Part shown: positions 28,945 to 39,586 of the stretch, piece by piece
How the letters are laid out: every line of letters starts with the position of its first letter
Numbering within the stretch: the first letter of the stretch is position 1
DNA from: Bdellovibrio sp.
GTDB taxonomy: Bacteria; Bdellovibrionota; Bdellovibrionia; Bdellovibrionales; Bdellovibrionaceae
DNA: 64,000 nucleotides
NCBI GenBank assembly: GCA_036677065.1
Contig: JAKFBS010000001.1
Span: 32,001 to 96,000 of the forward strand
Reading direction: 5' to 3'
Program-made: the position numbers and the translations under genes
Notes under the pieces: model-generated
What the model saw: only the letters and a program-made list of their open reading frames with translations
Databases searched by the model: none
What the model was told of the DNA's origin: nothing

Positions 28945-31900
28945 ATGAAGTACTTTGGAACAAGATTTATAAAATATTTTAGCAACAAAAATGAAAAAAG
29001 TGTGGAATCTTTTATCAAAATTTTTGCACTTTGTTTAGTTGCTGTATTCTGTCTAAGTTTTTACAGTTTAAAACATCTTTCATCTGAATATAACATCAAA
29101 CAATTTTTTCCTAAGAAGCATGCCTTACTTGAACAAGAGCGTCGTGTCGTTGCCCACTTTAAGCTGCAGGAAAAATCCAGCTTAGTTCTAATCCTTGAAA
29201 ATAAGAATGCAGCACCCTGGATGAACCAGAAATTGATTAATCAGTTACGTAATTTTGCTACAGATATCGAATCACAAGATACTGTAAAAACCCTGTACAG
29301 TTTAGGCAAGATTCAGGGAACATTCGAAGTTAACCAGGACTTATATGTAGGGGATCTATTCGCGCAAGTCCCCGTTAAGTACTGGAATAAAATGATCGCC
29401 ACTCACCCTATCGCTAAACCAAATTTACTTTCCCACAACGGCAAACAGACTTTGTTCGTCATCGAACTTACTGAAAATACGCCGGATAAAATGCAGGCTT
29501 TTCAAAGTTTCATCGGTAAATTACAAAAAACTAAATATCCAAATATCAACGTAAACTATGCAGGCGTGCCTCTTTTGCAAAATGATGTCGCAAAACTTTT
29601 AAAATCTGAACTCGTTCGTTCGGTGATCTTTGGTGTATTGGTTTTTATCGGTGTACTTGGAGCTATCTTCTCTGGTTGGTCAGGCTTAGTGTTATCCGTA
29701 ATTAATTTAATCTTTGTTAACGTTATCAGTTTAAGTCTATTAGTGCTGCTAGGGATTAAATTAGATGTCTTACTATCTACATTGCCTGTGTTGGTCAGCC
29801 TAATGACGATCTCGTTAACCGTTCATATATTATTGCGTGTATCCGCACTTGAAGACTATCGCAGTGACAATATCAAAACTAAATTCTTTGGTATTATCGA
29901 AAATTTACGCTCTCACTTTTTAGAGTACTTCTTAGCTACTCTAATGCCGGCCATTGGCTTTTTAATGTTAATGACTTCAGATATCGGCATTATTCATAAA
30001 TATGGAAAATCAGTTTCAACTGTAATTGTATTAAGCTGGTTTTTATCTCAATTATTTATGATTCCGGCTTTATTGTTTTTACCTAAAGTGGTTTTGCGTT
30101 CGTGGTCCTCTAAAAAAGCCTTCTGGAGTTTGCGCCTACTTAAATATGGCAACCCCGTGATGGCCGCCACATATAGCCTATTTGTATTTGGTATTATTGG
30201 TTTTTTCTTTTTAAACTGGAATACGCGCTTATTCGATGATCTTCCTAAAGACAGCGCTACCCGTATTAATACTGAAAAAATTGATTCTTCTTTCGGTGGA
30301 ACGATTCCGGTATCTATTGTTTTATTTGGTCAGGAAAAAACCTGGGTTGATCCGCAAGCTATGAAAAATTTAGATCTACTGTCGAAAGATCTTAAAAAAC
30401 TGGCCTCGGTTGGATCAGTTATTTCTACGGCAGATTTATTAAAAAAATCATCTCTAAAAGGTTCAAGGCTTCCGGCTACGGCTGCAGAAGCTTCTGAGTC
30501 TTTGTTTTTATTTTCGATGGCAGAGAATGACCCCACCGCTTCTTATCTCAACCAGTTAAACTATTTAACTCGCTTAGAGTTAAGATTAAAAGACACTCCG
30601 TTTTACACGCAACAAGCTGATTTAGAACGGGCGAAACATTTAATTCAAAAATATTTTCCGGGTATCCGTTACAATGTTTCTGGAATGGGTGTTAGTGCGC
30701 ATCAACTGAATTCAGAAATGTCGAAAGAATTAATTTTCAGTTTCTGGCATGCGATTGTCGTGATCGGCTTAATTTTAGTTGTTGTGTTTCGCTCTTACAA
30801 ATGGGCTCTGGTAGCTTGTCTGCCAAACCTGGTTCCACCTTTGGCACTTATTGCTATTCTAGCTGCAACCCGCACACCTATTAAACCAAGCGTAGCTATT
30901 ATATTTTCTATCGCGATTGGCTTAGCATTTTCTAATACGGTGTACCTATTAGGTAAGCTTAAAAAAGTTATTAAAGAAAAAAATCTAATAGACTATTTAC
31001 CGGTTAAGTCTATGCTCGTTTCAGAGATGATTCCGTGTTTATTAGCTACCTTACTTGTAGCTTCTGGATTTATCGTATTTACATTTTCGTACTTTGAAAT
31101 GAATAAGATTTTTGGAGTTTATATGATTCTTTCCATTTTTGCCGGCGCGTTTGCAGATTTATTGTTTTTACCGACTTTTATCAAACGCTATCCGAAATTT
31201 TTATTACAAAAGCAAGCGATGCTTCCTCCAAAATTAGTTACCGCAACAACAGCGGCTACATTTTTATTGTTCATAGTTTTTTCACAAAATTCTTTTTCTG
31301 CACCGATCAATGTGGACACTCTGTTAAAAAAATCAAAATCATTAATCGCAAGTAAAGATGACGTAGCTGATGTGATGATGAAAATTATTGAAAAAGACGG
31401 TTCAGTAAAAGAGCGCTCCATGCAGATCAAACGTAAGTTTGGCGCTAAACACATGACTCTAGTTCGAATGAAAGCTCCTGCGGATCTTAAAGGCACTGCT
31501 TTATTAAATGTTATTGAAGGCGGCGAAGAAAATCAGTGGTTGTATTTACCGTCGAGCAAGCAAGTTCGCCGCATTATGGGTCAGCAGAATAAAAAAGCTG
31601 GAGTTTTAGGCTCTGAACTTACACCTGAAGATTTAGACATCACGACCGTTAAGGGATCAAAAGCAACTTTGGTTAAAGAAATGAAAGTTGGAAACCAAGA
31701 TTTTGCCTTAATTGAAATCAAATCAAACTCGAACACCACTGAATATTCAAAAGCTTTAGTGTTAGTGTCGCTAAAAAGCAGCTTACCTGCTCGTCTTGAG
31801 TACTATGATAAGCAAAATAAAGCCGTTAAACGTGTGGATTTTGAAAATTACATACTAGTTGGTGGCGCATATCGCGCTCAGTCAATAAAGGTGCGCAATT

Positions 31901-32001
31901 TAGTCAATAAAAGAGGCACCGATTTGATTCTTTCAAACATTAAATCAAATTCAGGTCTGACTGAAGATGAGTTTTCTCAGCGCGCATTATCACGAGAGTA
32001 A
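28945..32001 (+). CDS. MMPL/RND family transporter fused to C-terminal LolA-like (lipoprotein-sorting) domain
   Basis: Two repeats of TM, periplasmic loop and 5 TM (NLVP, LLFLP); C-terminal PADLKGTALL, QWLYLPS..VRRI, GSELTPEDL. Confidence 0.85.
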   Translation: MKYFGTRFIKYFSNKNEKSVESFIKIFALCLVAVFCLSFYSLKHLSSEYNIKQFFPKKHALLEQERRVVAHFKLQEKSSLVLILENKNAAPWMNQKLINQLRNFATDIESQDTVKTLYSLGKIQGTFEVNQDLYVGDLFAQVPVKYWNKMIATHPIAKPNLLSHNGKQTLFVIELTENTPDKMQAFQSFIGKLQKTKYPNINVNYAGVPLLQNDVAKLLKSELVRSVIFGVLVFIGVLGAIFSGWSGLVLSVINLIFVNVISLSLLVLLGIKLDVLLSTLPVLVSLMTISLTVHILLRVSALEDYRSDNIKTKFFGIIENLRSHFLEYFLATLMPAIGFLMLMTSDIGIIHKYGKSVSTVIVLSWFLSQLFMIPALLFLPKVVLRSWSSKKAFWSLRLLKYGNPVMAATYSLFVFGIIGFFFLNWNTRLFDDLPKDSATRINTEKIDSSFGGTIPVSIVLFGQEKTWVDPQAMKNLDLLSKDLKKLASVGSVISTADLLKKSSLKGSRLPATAAEASESLFLFSMAENDPTASYLNQLNYLTRLELRLKDTPFYTQQADLERAKHLIQKYFPGIRYNVSGMGVSAHQLNSEMSKELIFSFWHAIVVIGLILVVVFRSYKWALVACLPNLVPPLALIAILAATRTPIKPSVAIIFSIAIGLAFSNTVYLLGKLKKVIKEKNLIDYLPVKSMLVSEMIPCLLATLLVASGFIVFTFSYFEMNKIFGVYMILSIFAGAFADLLFLPTFIKRYPKFLLQKQAMLPPKLVTATTAATFLLFIVFSQNSFSAPINVDTLLKKSKSLIASKDDVADVMMKIIEKDGSVKERSMQIKRKFGAKHMTLVRMKAPADLKGTALLNVIEGGEENQWLYLPSSKQVRRIMGQQNKKAGVLGSELTPEDLDITTVKGSKATLVKEMKVGNQDFALIEIKSNSNTTEYSKALVLVSLKSSLPARLEYYDKQNKAVKRVDFENYILVGGAYRAQSIKVRNLVNKRGTDLILSNIKSNSGLTEDEFSQRALSRE

Positions 32002-32074
32002 AAGCACTAAAACCGTTTGTTTCTTGTAAATTAACTATGGTAAATTCTCTCACTCAGAGAGAGGTAATTTACCT

Positions 32075-33634
32075 ATGCAAGAAAATGTAATGCAGCTAAA
32101 AATTCAAGATCTTGAAAAAAGAAACGACAAAGCTTTTGCCGGTGGTGGTGCAGATAAGATTGCAAAACACAAACAAGGCGGAAGACTTACAGCACGCGAG
32201 CGTGTTGAAGTTTTAGTTGATCCAGGCAGCTTCGTTGAAACTGATCGTTTTATGACTCATCGTTGTACTAACTTCGGTATGGAAAAAAATAAAGTTCCGG
32301 GTGATGGAATCATCACTGGATACGGTCGTATCAACGGAAAACTCATTTATCTTTCTTCGCAGGATTTCACGGTTAACGGCGGATCAATGTCTCGCACGCA
32401 AGCGAATAAAATCTGTAAAGTAATGGATCTAGCTTTAAAAAATGGAGCTCCATTTATTTCGATCAATGATTCTGGTGGCGCGCGTATTCAAGAAGGTATC
32501 GAATCTCTTGGTGGTTACGCTGATATCTTTACCCGTAACGTTTTATCTTCGGGTGTGATTCCGCAAATTACCGCAATCATGGGGCCGTGCGCTGGTGGAG
32601 CGGTTTATTCTCCGTCGATCACTGATTTCGTATTCATGGTTGAAAATACGTCTTACATGTTTGTAACTGGTCCTGATGTTATTAAAACAGTAACTCATGA
32701 AGATGTGACTAAAGAAGATTTAGGTGGAGCGGTTACACATTCACAAAAATCTGGCGTATGTCATTTTACGGCGACTGATGATAAACACTGTTTATTGTTA
32801 ATTCGCGAATTAATGAACTTTATCCCTTCGAATAACTTGGATGATTCTCCTACTTTAGGAACTAAAGATACTCCTGATCGCATCAATGAAGCTTTAAATA
32901 AGTTGATTCCTGATAACCCGAAAAAACCTTACGACATGTTACAAGTGATTTCAGAAGTTGTAGATGAAGGTTATTTCTTAGAAGTTCATAAAAACTTCGC
33001 GCAAAATATTATCGTAGGCTATGCACGTATGAATGGCCGCCCAGTGGGTATCGTTGCCAACCAACCGCAAATTTTAGCAGGATGTTTAAATATCGATGCT
33101 TCAAGAAAAGCGGCACGCTTTATTCGTTTTTGTGATGCCTTTAATATTCCAATCGTATCGTTTGTTGACGTTCCCGGTTTCTTACCTGGCCGCGATCAAG
33201 AATGGAACGGCATTATTACTCATGGTGCAAAACTTCTTTATGCTTACGCTGAAGCCACTGTTCCGAAAGTTACAGTTATTACGCGTAAAGCTTACGGTGG
33301 TGCTTATATCGTGATGGGTTCTAAATTATTACGTTCAGATGTAAACTTAGCTTATCCATCTGCAGAAATCGCAGTTATGGGCGCTGAAGGCGCAGTAAAT
33401 ATTATTCACCGTGAAAAAATCGCAAAGGCCGCAGACCCTGCTGCTGAAAAAGCAAAATTAACCGCTGAATATGAACAAATGTTTTCAAACCCATATGTTT
33501 CTGCAGAGCTTGGCTACACGGATGAAGTGATCGAACCTGCATTAACCCGTAAACGCGTGATCGATTCTTTGGAAATGCTTCGCAATAAACGCGAAATCAA
33601 TCCACCGAAAAAACACGGAAACATTCCACTTTAA
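32075..33634 (+). CDS. pccB: Acyl-CoA (propionyl-CoA type) carboxylase carboxyltransferase subunit
   Basis: [39 protein letters not shown]. Confidence 0.9.
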   Translation: MQENVMQLKIQDLEKRNDKAFAGGGADKIAKHKQGGRLTARERVEVLVDPGSFVETDRFMTHRCTNFGMEKNKVPGDGIITGYGRINGKLIYLSSQDFTVNGGSMSRTQANKICKVMDLALKNGAPFISINDSGGARIQEGIESLGGYADIFTRNVLSSGVIPQITAIMGPCAGGAVYSPSITDFVFMVENTSYMFVTGPDVIKTVTHEDVTKEDLGGAVTHSQKSGVCHFTATDDKHCLLLIRELMNFIPSNNLDDSPTLGTKDTPDRINEALNKLIPDNPKKPYDMLQVISEVVDEGYFLEVHKNFAQNIIVGYARMNGRPVGIVANQPQILAGCLNIDASRKAARFIRFCDAFNIPIVSFVDVPGFLPGRDQEWNGIITHGAKLLYAYAEATVPKVTVITRKAYGGAYIVMGSKLLRSDVNLAYPSAEIAVMGAEGAVNIIHREKIAKAADPAAEKAKLTAEYEQMFSNPYVSAELGYTDEVIEPALTRKRVIDSLEMLRNKREINPPKKHGNIPL

Positions 33635-33646
33635 AAAGGGGTCGAT

Positions 33647-35179
33647 ATGCATAGTCATGAAATTTCAACTCCACAGAATGCCCCGTTCAAAAAGATTTTA
33701 ATCGCTAACCGCGGTGAAATCGCGATTCGTGTAACTCGTGCTTGCCGCGAGTTGGGAATTGCAACAGTGGCTGTATTTAGTGATGCTGATCGCGAAAGTT
33801 TACATGTGTTCTTAGCTGATGAAGCTTACCATATTGGACCAAGCCCATCTAAAGAGAGCTATTTAAATTATAAAAAAATTATCGAAGTGGCAAAAAAAGC
33901 TAACGTAGATGCAATTCATCCGGGCTATGGATTCTTGTCTGAAAATCCAGTTTTCGTAAGAGCTTGTAAAGAAGCCGGTATCACGTTTATCGGACCAACT
34001 CCTGAAAATATGGAATCAATGGGAGATAAATTATCTGCCAAAGCTTTAATGAAAAAAGCTGGTGTTCCTTTGGTTCCGGGATCTGATGGCGGTGTTGAAA
34101 CTGTTGAAGAAGCTTTAGTTGTTGCGAAAAAAATCGGTTTACCAATTATCATCAAGGCAACTGCTGGTGGTGGTGGTAAAGGGATGCGCGTTGTTCGTCA
34201 CGAATCAGAAATTGAAAGTGCCTTTCGCGCTTGCCGGTCTGAAGGCCAAAACTACTTTGCCAATCCTACGGTTTATATCGAAAGATTTATTAACGATCCA
34301 AAACATATCGAAATTCAAGTGTTCGGCGACACTCATGGTAACGTAGTGCACTTATTTGAACGTGAATGTTCGGTACAACGTCGTCACCAAAAAATTATCG
34401 AAGAATCGCCGTCTCCATCTGTTCCAATGGATGTGAAACTTAAAATGGGTGATTGTGCGGTTCGCGCAGCTAAATCAATTGGTTATGTTGGTGCCGGTAC
34501 AATCGAATTTATTTTTGATAACCAAACTAAAGAGTTCTTCTTCATGGAGATGAACACTCGTTTGCAAGTAGAACATCCGATCACAGAATTAGTTATCGGT
34601 GTAGATCTTGTGAAAGAGCAAATCTTTGTCGCCAAAGGCAATAAACTTAGTTTCAAACAAGAAGATATCAAACAAAAAGGTCATGCGATTGAAGCGCGTA
34701 TCTGTGCTGAAGATCCAACAACGTATAAACCATCACCTGGTTTAATCCGCGCTTGTCGTCATCCACAAGGGCCATTCTTACGTATCGATTCATATGCTTA
34801 CCCTGGTTATGAAGTGCCTATCTATTACGATCCAATGATTGCCAAAGTTATCACTTGGGGTGATACACGCGAAGAAGCGATCGATCGTATGCAAAGAGCT
34901 TTAGCTGAATTCGTATTAACAGGCATTAAAACTAATATCGTTTTACACCGCACAATCTTAGGACACGAAAAGTTCTTAGATGGTTCATACACGACTCAAT
35001 TTATTGAAAAGAATTTTGAAGTGTTAGAACCGCAAATGTTTCGCGAAGTGAATGACAAGGTTTTCTTAATTGCAGCGGCAATTACTGCTTATGAAGATCG
35101 TAAATCAAAAGATGTGCGCAGATACAATGTGCGCTCTAACTGGCGCAGTCTTAGCCGTAAAATTCAATTGAGAACGTAA
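33647..35179 (+). CDS. accC: Biotin carboxylase subunit
   Basis: ANRGEIA, HPGYGFLSE, GGGGKGM, ERECSVQRRHQK, EMNTRLQVEH. Confidence 0.9.
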   Translation: MHSHEISTPQNAPFKKILIANRGEIAIRVTRACRELGIATVAVFSDADRESLHVFLADEAYHIGPSPSKESYLNYKKIIEVAKKANVDAIHPGYGFLSENPVFVRACKEAGITFIGPTPENMESMGDKLSAKALMKKAGVPLVPGSDGGVETVEEALVVAKKIGLPIIIKATAGGGGKGMRVVRHESEIESAFRACRSEGQNYFANPTVYIERFINDPKHIEIQVFGDTHGNVVHLFERECSVQRRHQKIIEESPSPSVPMDVKLKMGDCAVRAAKSIGYVGAGTIEFIFDNQTKEFFFMEMNTRLQVEHPITELVIGVDLVKEQIFVAKGNKLSFKQEDIKQKGHAIEARICAEDPTTYKPSPGLIRACRHPQGPFLRIDSYAYPGYEVPIYYDPMIAKVITWGDTREEAIDRMQRALAEFVLTGIKTNIVLHRTILGHEKFLDGSYTTQFIEKNFEVLEPQMFREVNDKVFLIAAAITAYEDRKSKDVRRYNVRSNWRSLSRKIQLRT

Positions 35180-35188
35180 GGATTAGAT

Positions 35189-35716
35189 ATGTATTTTGAA
35201 GCAGAACTTAAAGATAAGAAATATAAAGTCGATGTCCACGAAGAACGTCATTCTTGGAAGGTGTCTTTACAACAAGACGGCCAGGACTGGCAGCACTACG
35301 ACATTTCTAAAACTGATTTCAAGCATGCTGAAGAGTATGTAAGCTTTCTATTTGATGGAAAGTCATACCTTATCGACGTGCTAGGGCAAGACACTGAGTA
35401 CACAGTATTCATTCGTAATTCGTTTCGTACGATCAAAATTTTCAATGATGAAATGTTATTACATGAATCATTAAAAAAAGGTGGCGGCGCTGGTTCAAAC
35501 ATTGAATTAAAAGCCGGTATGCCTGGCAAAGTGATCGAGATCTTCGTTAAAGAAGGTGAAATCGTTAAGGCTGGTAAACCATTGTTAATTATGGAAGCCA
35601 TGAAAATGGAAAATGAAATGCGCGCATCTAGCGATGTTAAGATCAAACAGATCTGCATCAAGCAAGGCGACTCGGTCGAAAACGGGGCTGTCTTAATTAG
35701 ATTTGAAAAACCATAA
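35189..35716 (+). CDS. Biotin carboxyl carrier protein with N-terminal BT-like domain
   Basis: EAMKME biotinylation motif; MPGKV. Confidence 0.9.
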   Translation: MYFEAELKDKKYKVDVHEERHSWKVSLQQDGQDWQHYDISKTDFKHAEEYVSFLFDGKSYLIDVLGQDTEYTVFIRNSFRTIKIFNDEMLLHESLKKGGGAGSNIELKAGMPGKVIEIFVKEGEIVKAGKPLLIMEAMKMENEMRASSDVKIKQICIKQGDSVENGAVLIRFEKP

Positions 35717-35718
35717 AT

Positions 35719-35750
35719 AAAAAAAGCTCCTTAACCGGAGCTTTTTTTTT
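35719..35750. terminator. Bidirectional intrinsic terminator
   Basis: A7-GCTCC-TTAACC-GGAGC-T9 between convergent genes. Confidence 0.85.
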
Positions 35751-35774
35751 GCTTTAAATTTTAAAATCTAAAAA

Positions 35775-36524
35775 TTATAAAGCTGAAAAATTACCTAAAC
35801 CATCGATATGGTATGAATAAGATTGTGTCTCTTTTTTCAAGATTGTAGAAACCGTCCAATTAATATTTATAATCATACCAGCTAAAGGATTTGTTGAAGT
35901 TCCTTTGTTGTACACTGATTCAACTGCAGCTTGTACGTTGAATGTGTATAGGTAAGCTGTTTTAAATTCTTGTGGCTCTACCGACACGTAACCAATGTAT
36001 TTACCTTGGCCTTTATAGCTACCATTAGTTAGATAAATTATTTTATAAACTAATTTAGCCACTTCGATATTATATAGATTTTTATACGTGATTTCGTAAT
36101 ATTTAGATTGTGGATTTTTCCAGCCTTCTAACTGTTGCCAGGCTGTAATGTTTTGCGGAACCGCAGTCGCTTTTGGCATTTTTTGATAATTGGCGACTGG
36201 TTTTCCCTTTTCTAAAACATTCCAGATTTTTGTACCTATATTAATGATTTTATCGACAATAACTTCAACTTGATTCAATTGCCCGATCACTTGATCAAAA
36301 GGGCCACCAACACCAAGATCAGCTTCAATAGCTTCGCGTTGCAGTGCTGCTTGTTCTATTTTAAATCGGTTTTTCTTTTGGTATTTTTCGGTGACATCCC
36401 GAACTTCGACGTTCAGCGGAGTGAGTTGATCCATCATCTCTTGCGAGATGTCGCGTGGATCAGCGGCGTTAGCCAATATCGGCATTGCAAGACTTGCGAG
36501 AACAATAATCGTTAAAAACTTCAT
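35775..36524 (-). CDS. Secreted hypothetical protein
   Basis: GGGGAAG SD before ATG 36524 (MKFLTII...ANA signal peptide). Confidence 0.65.
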   Translation of the reverse strand: MKFLTIIVLASLAMPILANAADPRDISQEMMDQLTPLNVEVRDVTEKYQKKNRFKIEQAALQREAIEADLGVGGPFDQVIGQLNQVEVIVDKIINIGTKIWNVLEKGKPVANYQKMPKATAVPQNITAWQQLEGWKNPQSKYYEITYKNLYNIEVAKLVYKIIYLTNGSYKGQGKYIGYVSVEPQEFKTAYLYTFNVQAAVESVYNKGTSTNPLAGMIININWTVSTILKKETQSYSYHIDGLGNFSAL

Positions 36525-36677
36525 ACTTCCCCCTGTGGATGTGGGGCCACCATATAATTGGGTGTTGTTTATTATCAACAATCTTTAAGCACAATTGTAA
36601 AGAATCATAGATCGTCAAAAAAATTGTCACTCTTACGCCAACGAGGTGTATTGTCCCTCTATCGGTTTAAATCTTCA

Positions 36678-36693
36678 TGGCATGTTCAATGCT
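36678..36693 (+). promoter_or_regulatory. sigma54-like promoter upstream of hybrid kinase
   Basis: TGGCATGTTCAATGCT versus TGGCACG-N4-TTGC(A/T). Confidence 0.55.
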
Positions 36694-36718
36694 TTAAAAG
36701 CGTCTTTATAGAGGAACC

Positions 36719-39586
36719 GTGGATCAATCATCACCTAACAAAAACTTAACAGCACTAAGCCTGAAGCTCACGCGTTGGCTTTCTGGGATTGTTTTACTGA
36801 TTCCTATTGTTGTAACTATTGGCCATGTTTTTGAAATCCCGGTTTTAACTGGCCAAGTCGGCGAATTTCCCCCCATGCGTACAAACAGTTCGCTTGGAGT
36901 GTTCATTTTATCTCTTAGCATTTTTTTAACATCGATAAAAAATGCGCCGCGATTTATTATTGCGCTGGGTGCAGCGTTCACCTTGTTACTCGGAAGCTTA
37001 ACCTTAGCGGGGTATTTTTTACCTTTTACGAGCGGCGCTCCGACTCCTCAAGTGGCGTTAAATTTTATCTTGATGGGAGCTAGTGTAATTATTTATTGTT
37101 ATCTGCCTCAGCTAATAAGGCTTGCACAGTACATGGTTTTATTTGCTGGTCTTAACGCTGAAATTGCAATAACTGGCTATATCTTTAATGCCACCGAGTT
37201 TTATGGTTTTCCGATGTACAGGCAAGACATGGGAATGTCTGTACCCACGACCGCGTCTTTTCTTCTGCTTGCTTTAGCTGTAATTTGTAGTCGCCCTGAC
37301 GTAGGCTTAACCAAGATTTTATTTCGCGAAAAATCTGCAAGTGGCGCCGTCGCGCGAAAACTTTTTCTGACAGTCATTCTTGGTCCTCTGGTTATCGGCG
37401 CAATTACACATCTGGGTTTGTTTTTTGGTCTTTATGAAGACAAGGCGCATGACGCCCTGTTTGTTATACTTTTTATCGCAATGATTATTCGCAACACCTG
37501 GCAATCCGCCAAACAATCTGAAATTCAGGAACTGCGAGTCGAACAGGCTTTAATTGAAAAAAACTTATCTGAAGCAAGAGCGACGGGAATCATTTCTATT
37601 TCTGCCGACGCTATCATTTCGATCGATCGCAGCCACAAGATAGTTCTTTTTAATGAAGGCGCAGAAAAAATTTTTGGTTATAGCCAGACAGAAATGTTAG
37701 GAAATAAGTTAGATCGCCTTATTCCCGACCGCTTTCGCAAAAACCACCAACACCATGTAAAAAAATTTTCTGCTGACAAAAACACTGCTCGTCGCATGGG
37801 CGAGCGCGGTGCCACGATTTACGGGCTTCGAAAAAATGGCGAAGAGTTTCCGGCTGATGCGGCCATTTCAAATATTGATGTCGGCGGAAACCAGCTGATG
37901 ACTGTGACTTTACAAGATATCACCGATAGAGTACGTATTGAAAAAGCACAGCAATTATTAGCAGAGGTTGGCTCAGCTTTAGCTGAAGGTGGGCTGCACT
38001 TAGAAAAAACGATTCAAAAGCTTGCCGAAGTTTCAGTTAAAGGTTTAGGTGATTATTGTATTCTAAATATCGCTTGCGCCAACAATGAATGTGACATTCT
38101 AAAAATTGTCGCTAACGACCCAACCAACAACCAAAAATGCGACGATTTATCGAATCTTATCAAATCAGGGGCCTTTTCACATTTAATTGTTAAATCTGAA
38201 GAATCTTTAATAATTGAAAATGTAACCGATTACCAACGTTCGCTGTTGGCTGGCAACGAAGCCGAATTACAAGTGTTGCACAATTTAAATCTGGTCTCAT
38301 TAATGTCAGTGCCTTTGATCGCGAAGCGAAAATACATTGGCACACTGGTTATAATATCAGCCACGCCTAATCGTCGTTATCATGAATTGGATTTACGTTT
38401 GGCCGAAGCGGTTGCCCTGCGCGCAGCTCTATCGATCGAAAATTCTCATCTTTACAACGAATCTCAGAAAGCCATCACCAGTCGTGAAGAAATTTTAGCC
38501 ATCGTGTCGCATGATCTAAAAAGCCCACTAACGACAATTAAATTAATCGGCGAAACACTGCAGCTACTTGATTCTCCAGATAAAAAAACTTGCGATTCAT
38601 TTGCAAAAAAAATTGATAAGTCCGTCAAACAAATGCAGGTGCTTATCGGCGATTTGTTAGATTTTGCCAAAATTCAAAGTGGTTCTTTTTCAGTCAGCAA
38701 ACAGACCGAAAATTTGCTTGATGCTCTTCGCGAAACCACTGAATCAGTACAGGCACAAGCAGAAGCCAATCATCAAACTTTAGTTATGGATTTTGCAGCT
38801 GATCTACCGAAAATAACTATTGATCTGCCGCGAATAGTTCAAGTCATATCAAATCTGTTAAGTAACGCGATAAAGTTTACTCCTGCGAGTGGCACTATTA
38901 AAATTTCTGCTGCTGTTCTTAAATCCGATATCTTAGTTTCTGTTTCAGATACAGGCCCCGGAATTGCGCCTGAAAATTTAACTAAAATCTTTGACCGCTT
39001 CTGGCAAGTTGATTCTGCGAAACACAAAGGCAGCGGCTTAGGTTTATCAATTGCTAAAGGAATTATTCAAGCCCATGGCGGAAAAATTTGGGCCGAAAGC
39101 GAATTGCAAAAAGGAACTACTTTTTATTTCACCCTACCAATAGTGCATGCAGAAAAAACTGAATTCACTCGTCGTACTATCGACATGTCAAATCCTTCAA
39201 CTAGCCTTTTGCATGGCCAGCACATTTTAGTTGTCGATGATTCGCCGGATAATTTATTTTTAATAAAACATTTACTTGAAAGCATGGGTGCAGAAGTTTC
39301 TATAGCAGATAATGTAAAAACAGCATTATCGAGTATTAAGTTTTCTTTGCCCGATGTTCTGTTTACAGACATCGAAATGCCTGAAGAAACTGGTTACGAT
39401 CTGCTTTCACAATTGCGTGAATCTGCTGATTCGCAGAACAATCCAATACCGGTCGTTGCTTTAACCGGCCACGAAGATAAGCAGGAACTCGACAAAATAA
39501 AAGCTGCCGGTTTTGATTTATGTCTGTCAAAACCTATTAATTTAGAAAAATTAATTTCGGCTATATTAAAATTTACAAATCACTAA
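36719..39586 (+). CDS. Hybrid sensor histidine kinase (multi-TM, PAS, GAF, HisKA, HATPase, REC)
   Basis: FNEGAEKIFGY/RKNGEEFP PAS; SHDLKSPL H-box; NLLSNAIKF, DTGPGI, GSGLGL; VVDD...DIEMP...KP receiver. Confidence 0.93.
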   Translation: MDQSSPNKNLTALSLKLTRWLSGIVLLIPIVVTIGHVFEIPVLTGQVGEFPPMRTNSSLGVFILSLSIFLTSIKNAPRFIIALGAAFTLLLGSLTLAGYFLPFTSGAPTPQVALNFILMGASVIIYCYLPQLIRLAQYMVLFAGLNAEIAITGYIFNATEFYGFPMYRQDMGMSVPTTASFLLLALAVICSRPDVGLTKILFREKSASGAVARKLFLTVILGPLVIGAITHLGLFFGLYEDKAHDALFVILFIAMIIRNTWQSAKQSEIQELRVEQALIEKNLSEARATGIISISADAIISIDRSHKIVLFNEGAEKIFGYSQTEMLGNKLDRLIPDRFRKNHQHHVKKFSADKNTARRMGERGATIYGLRKNGEEFPADAAISNIDVGGNQLMTVTLQDITDRVRIEKAQQLLAEVGSALAEGGLHLEKTIQKLAEVSVKGLGDYCILNIACANNECDILKIVANDPTNNQKCDDLSNLIKSGAFSHLIVKSEESLIIENVTDYQRSLLAGNEAELQVLHNLNLVSLMSVPLIAKRKYIGTLVIISATPNRRYHELDLRLAEAVALRAALSIENSHLYNESQKAITSREEILAIVSHDLKSPLTTIKLIGETLQLLDSPDKKTCDSFAKKIDKSVKQMQVLIGDLLDFAKIQSGSFSVSKQTENLLDALRETTESVQAQAEANHQTLVMDFAADLPKITIDLPRIVQVISNLLSNAIKFTPASGTIKISAAVLKSDILVSVSDTGPGIAPENLTKIFDRFWQVDSAKHKGSGLGLSIAKGIIQAHGGKIWAESELQKGTTFYFTLPIVHAEKTEFTRRTIDMSNPSTSLLHGQHILVVDDSPDNLFLIKHLLESMGAEVSIADNVKTALSSIKFSLPDVLFTDIEMPEETGYDLLSQLRESADSQNNPIPVVALTGHEDKQELDKIKAAGFDLCLSKPINLEKLISAILKFTNH

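Noticed and set aside
28902..29018. 5' extension of ORF 27423..29018
   Set aside because: Overlaps the divergent MMPL gene; SD and signal peptide support ATG 28901
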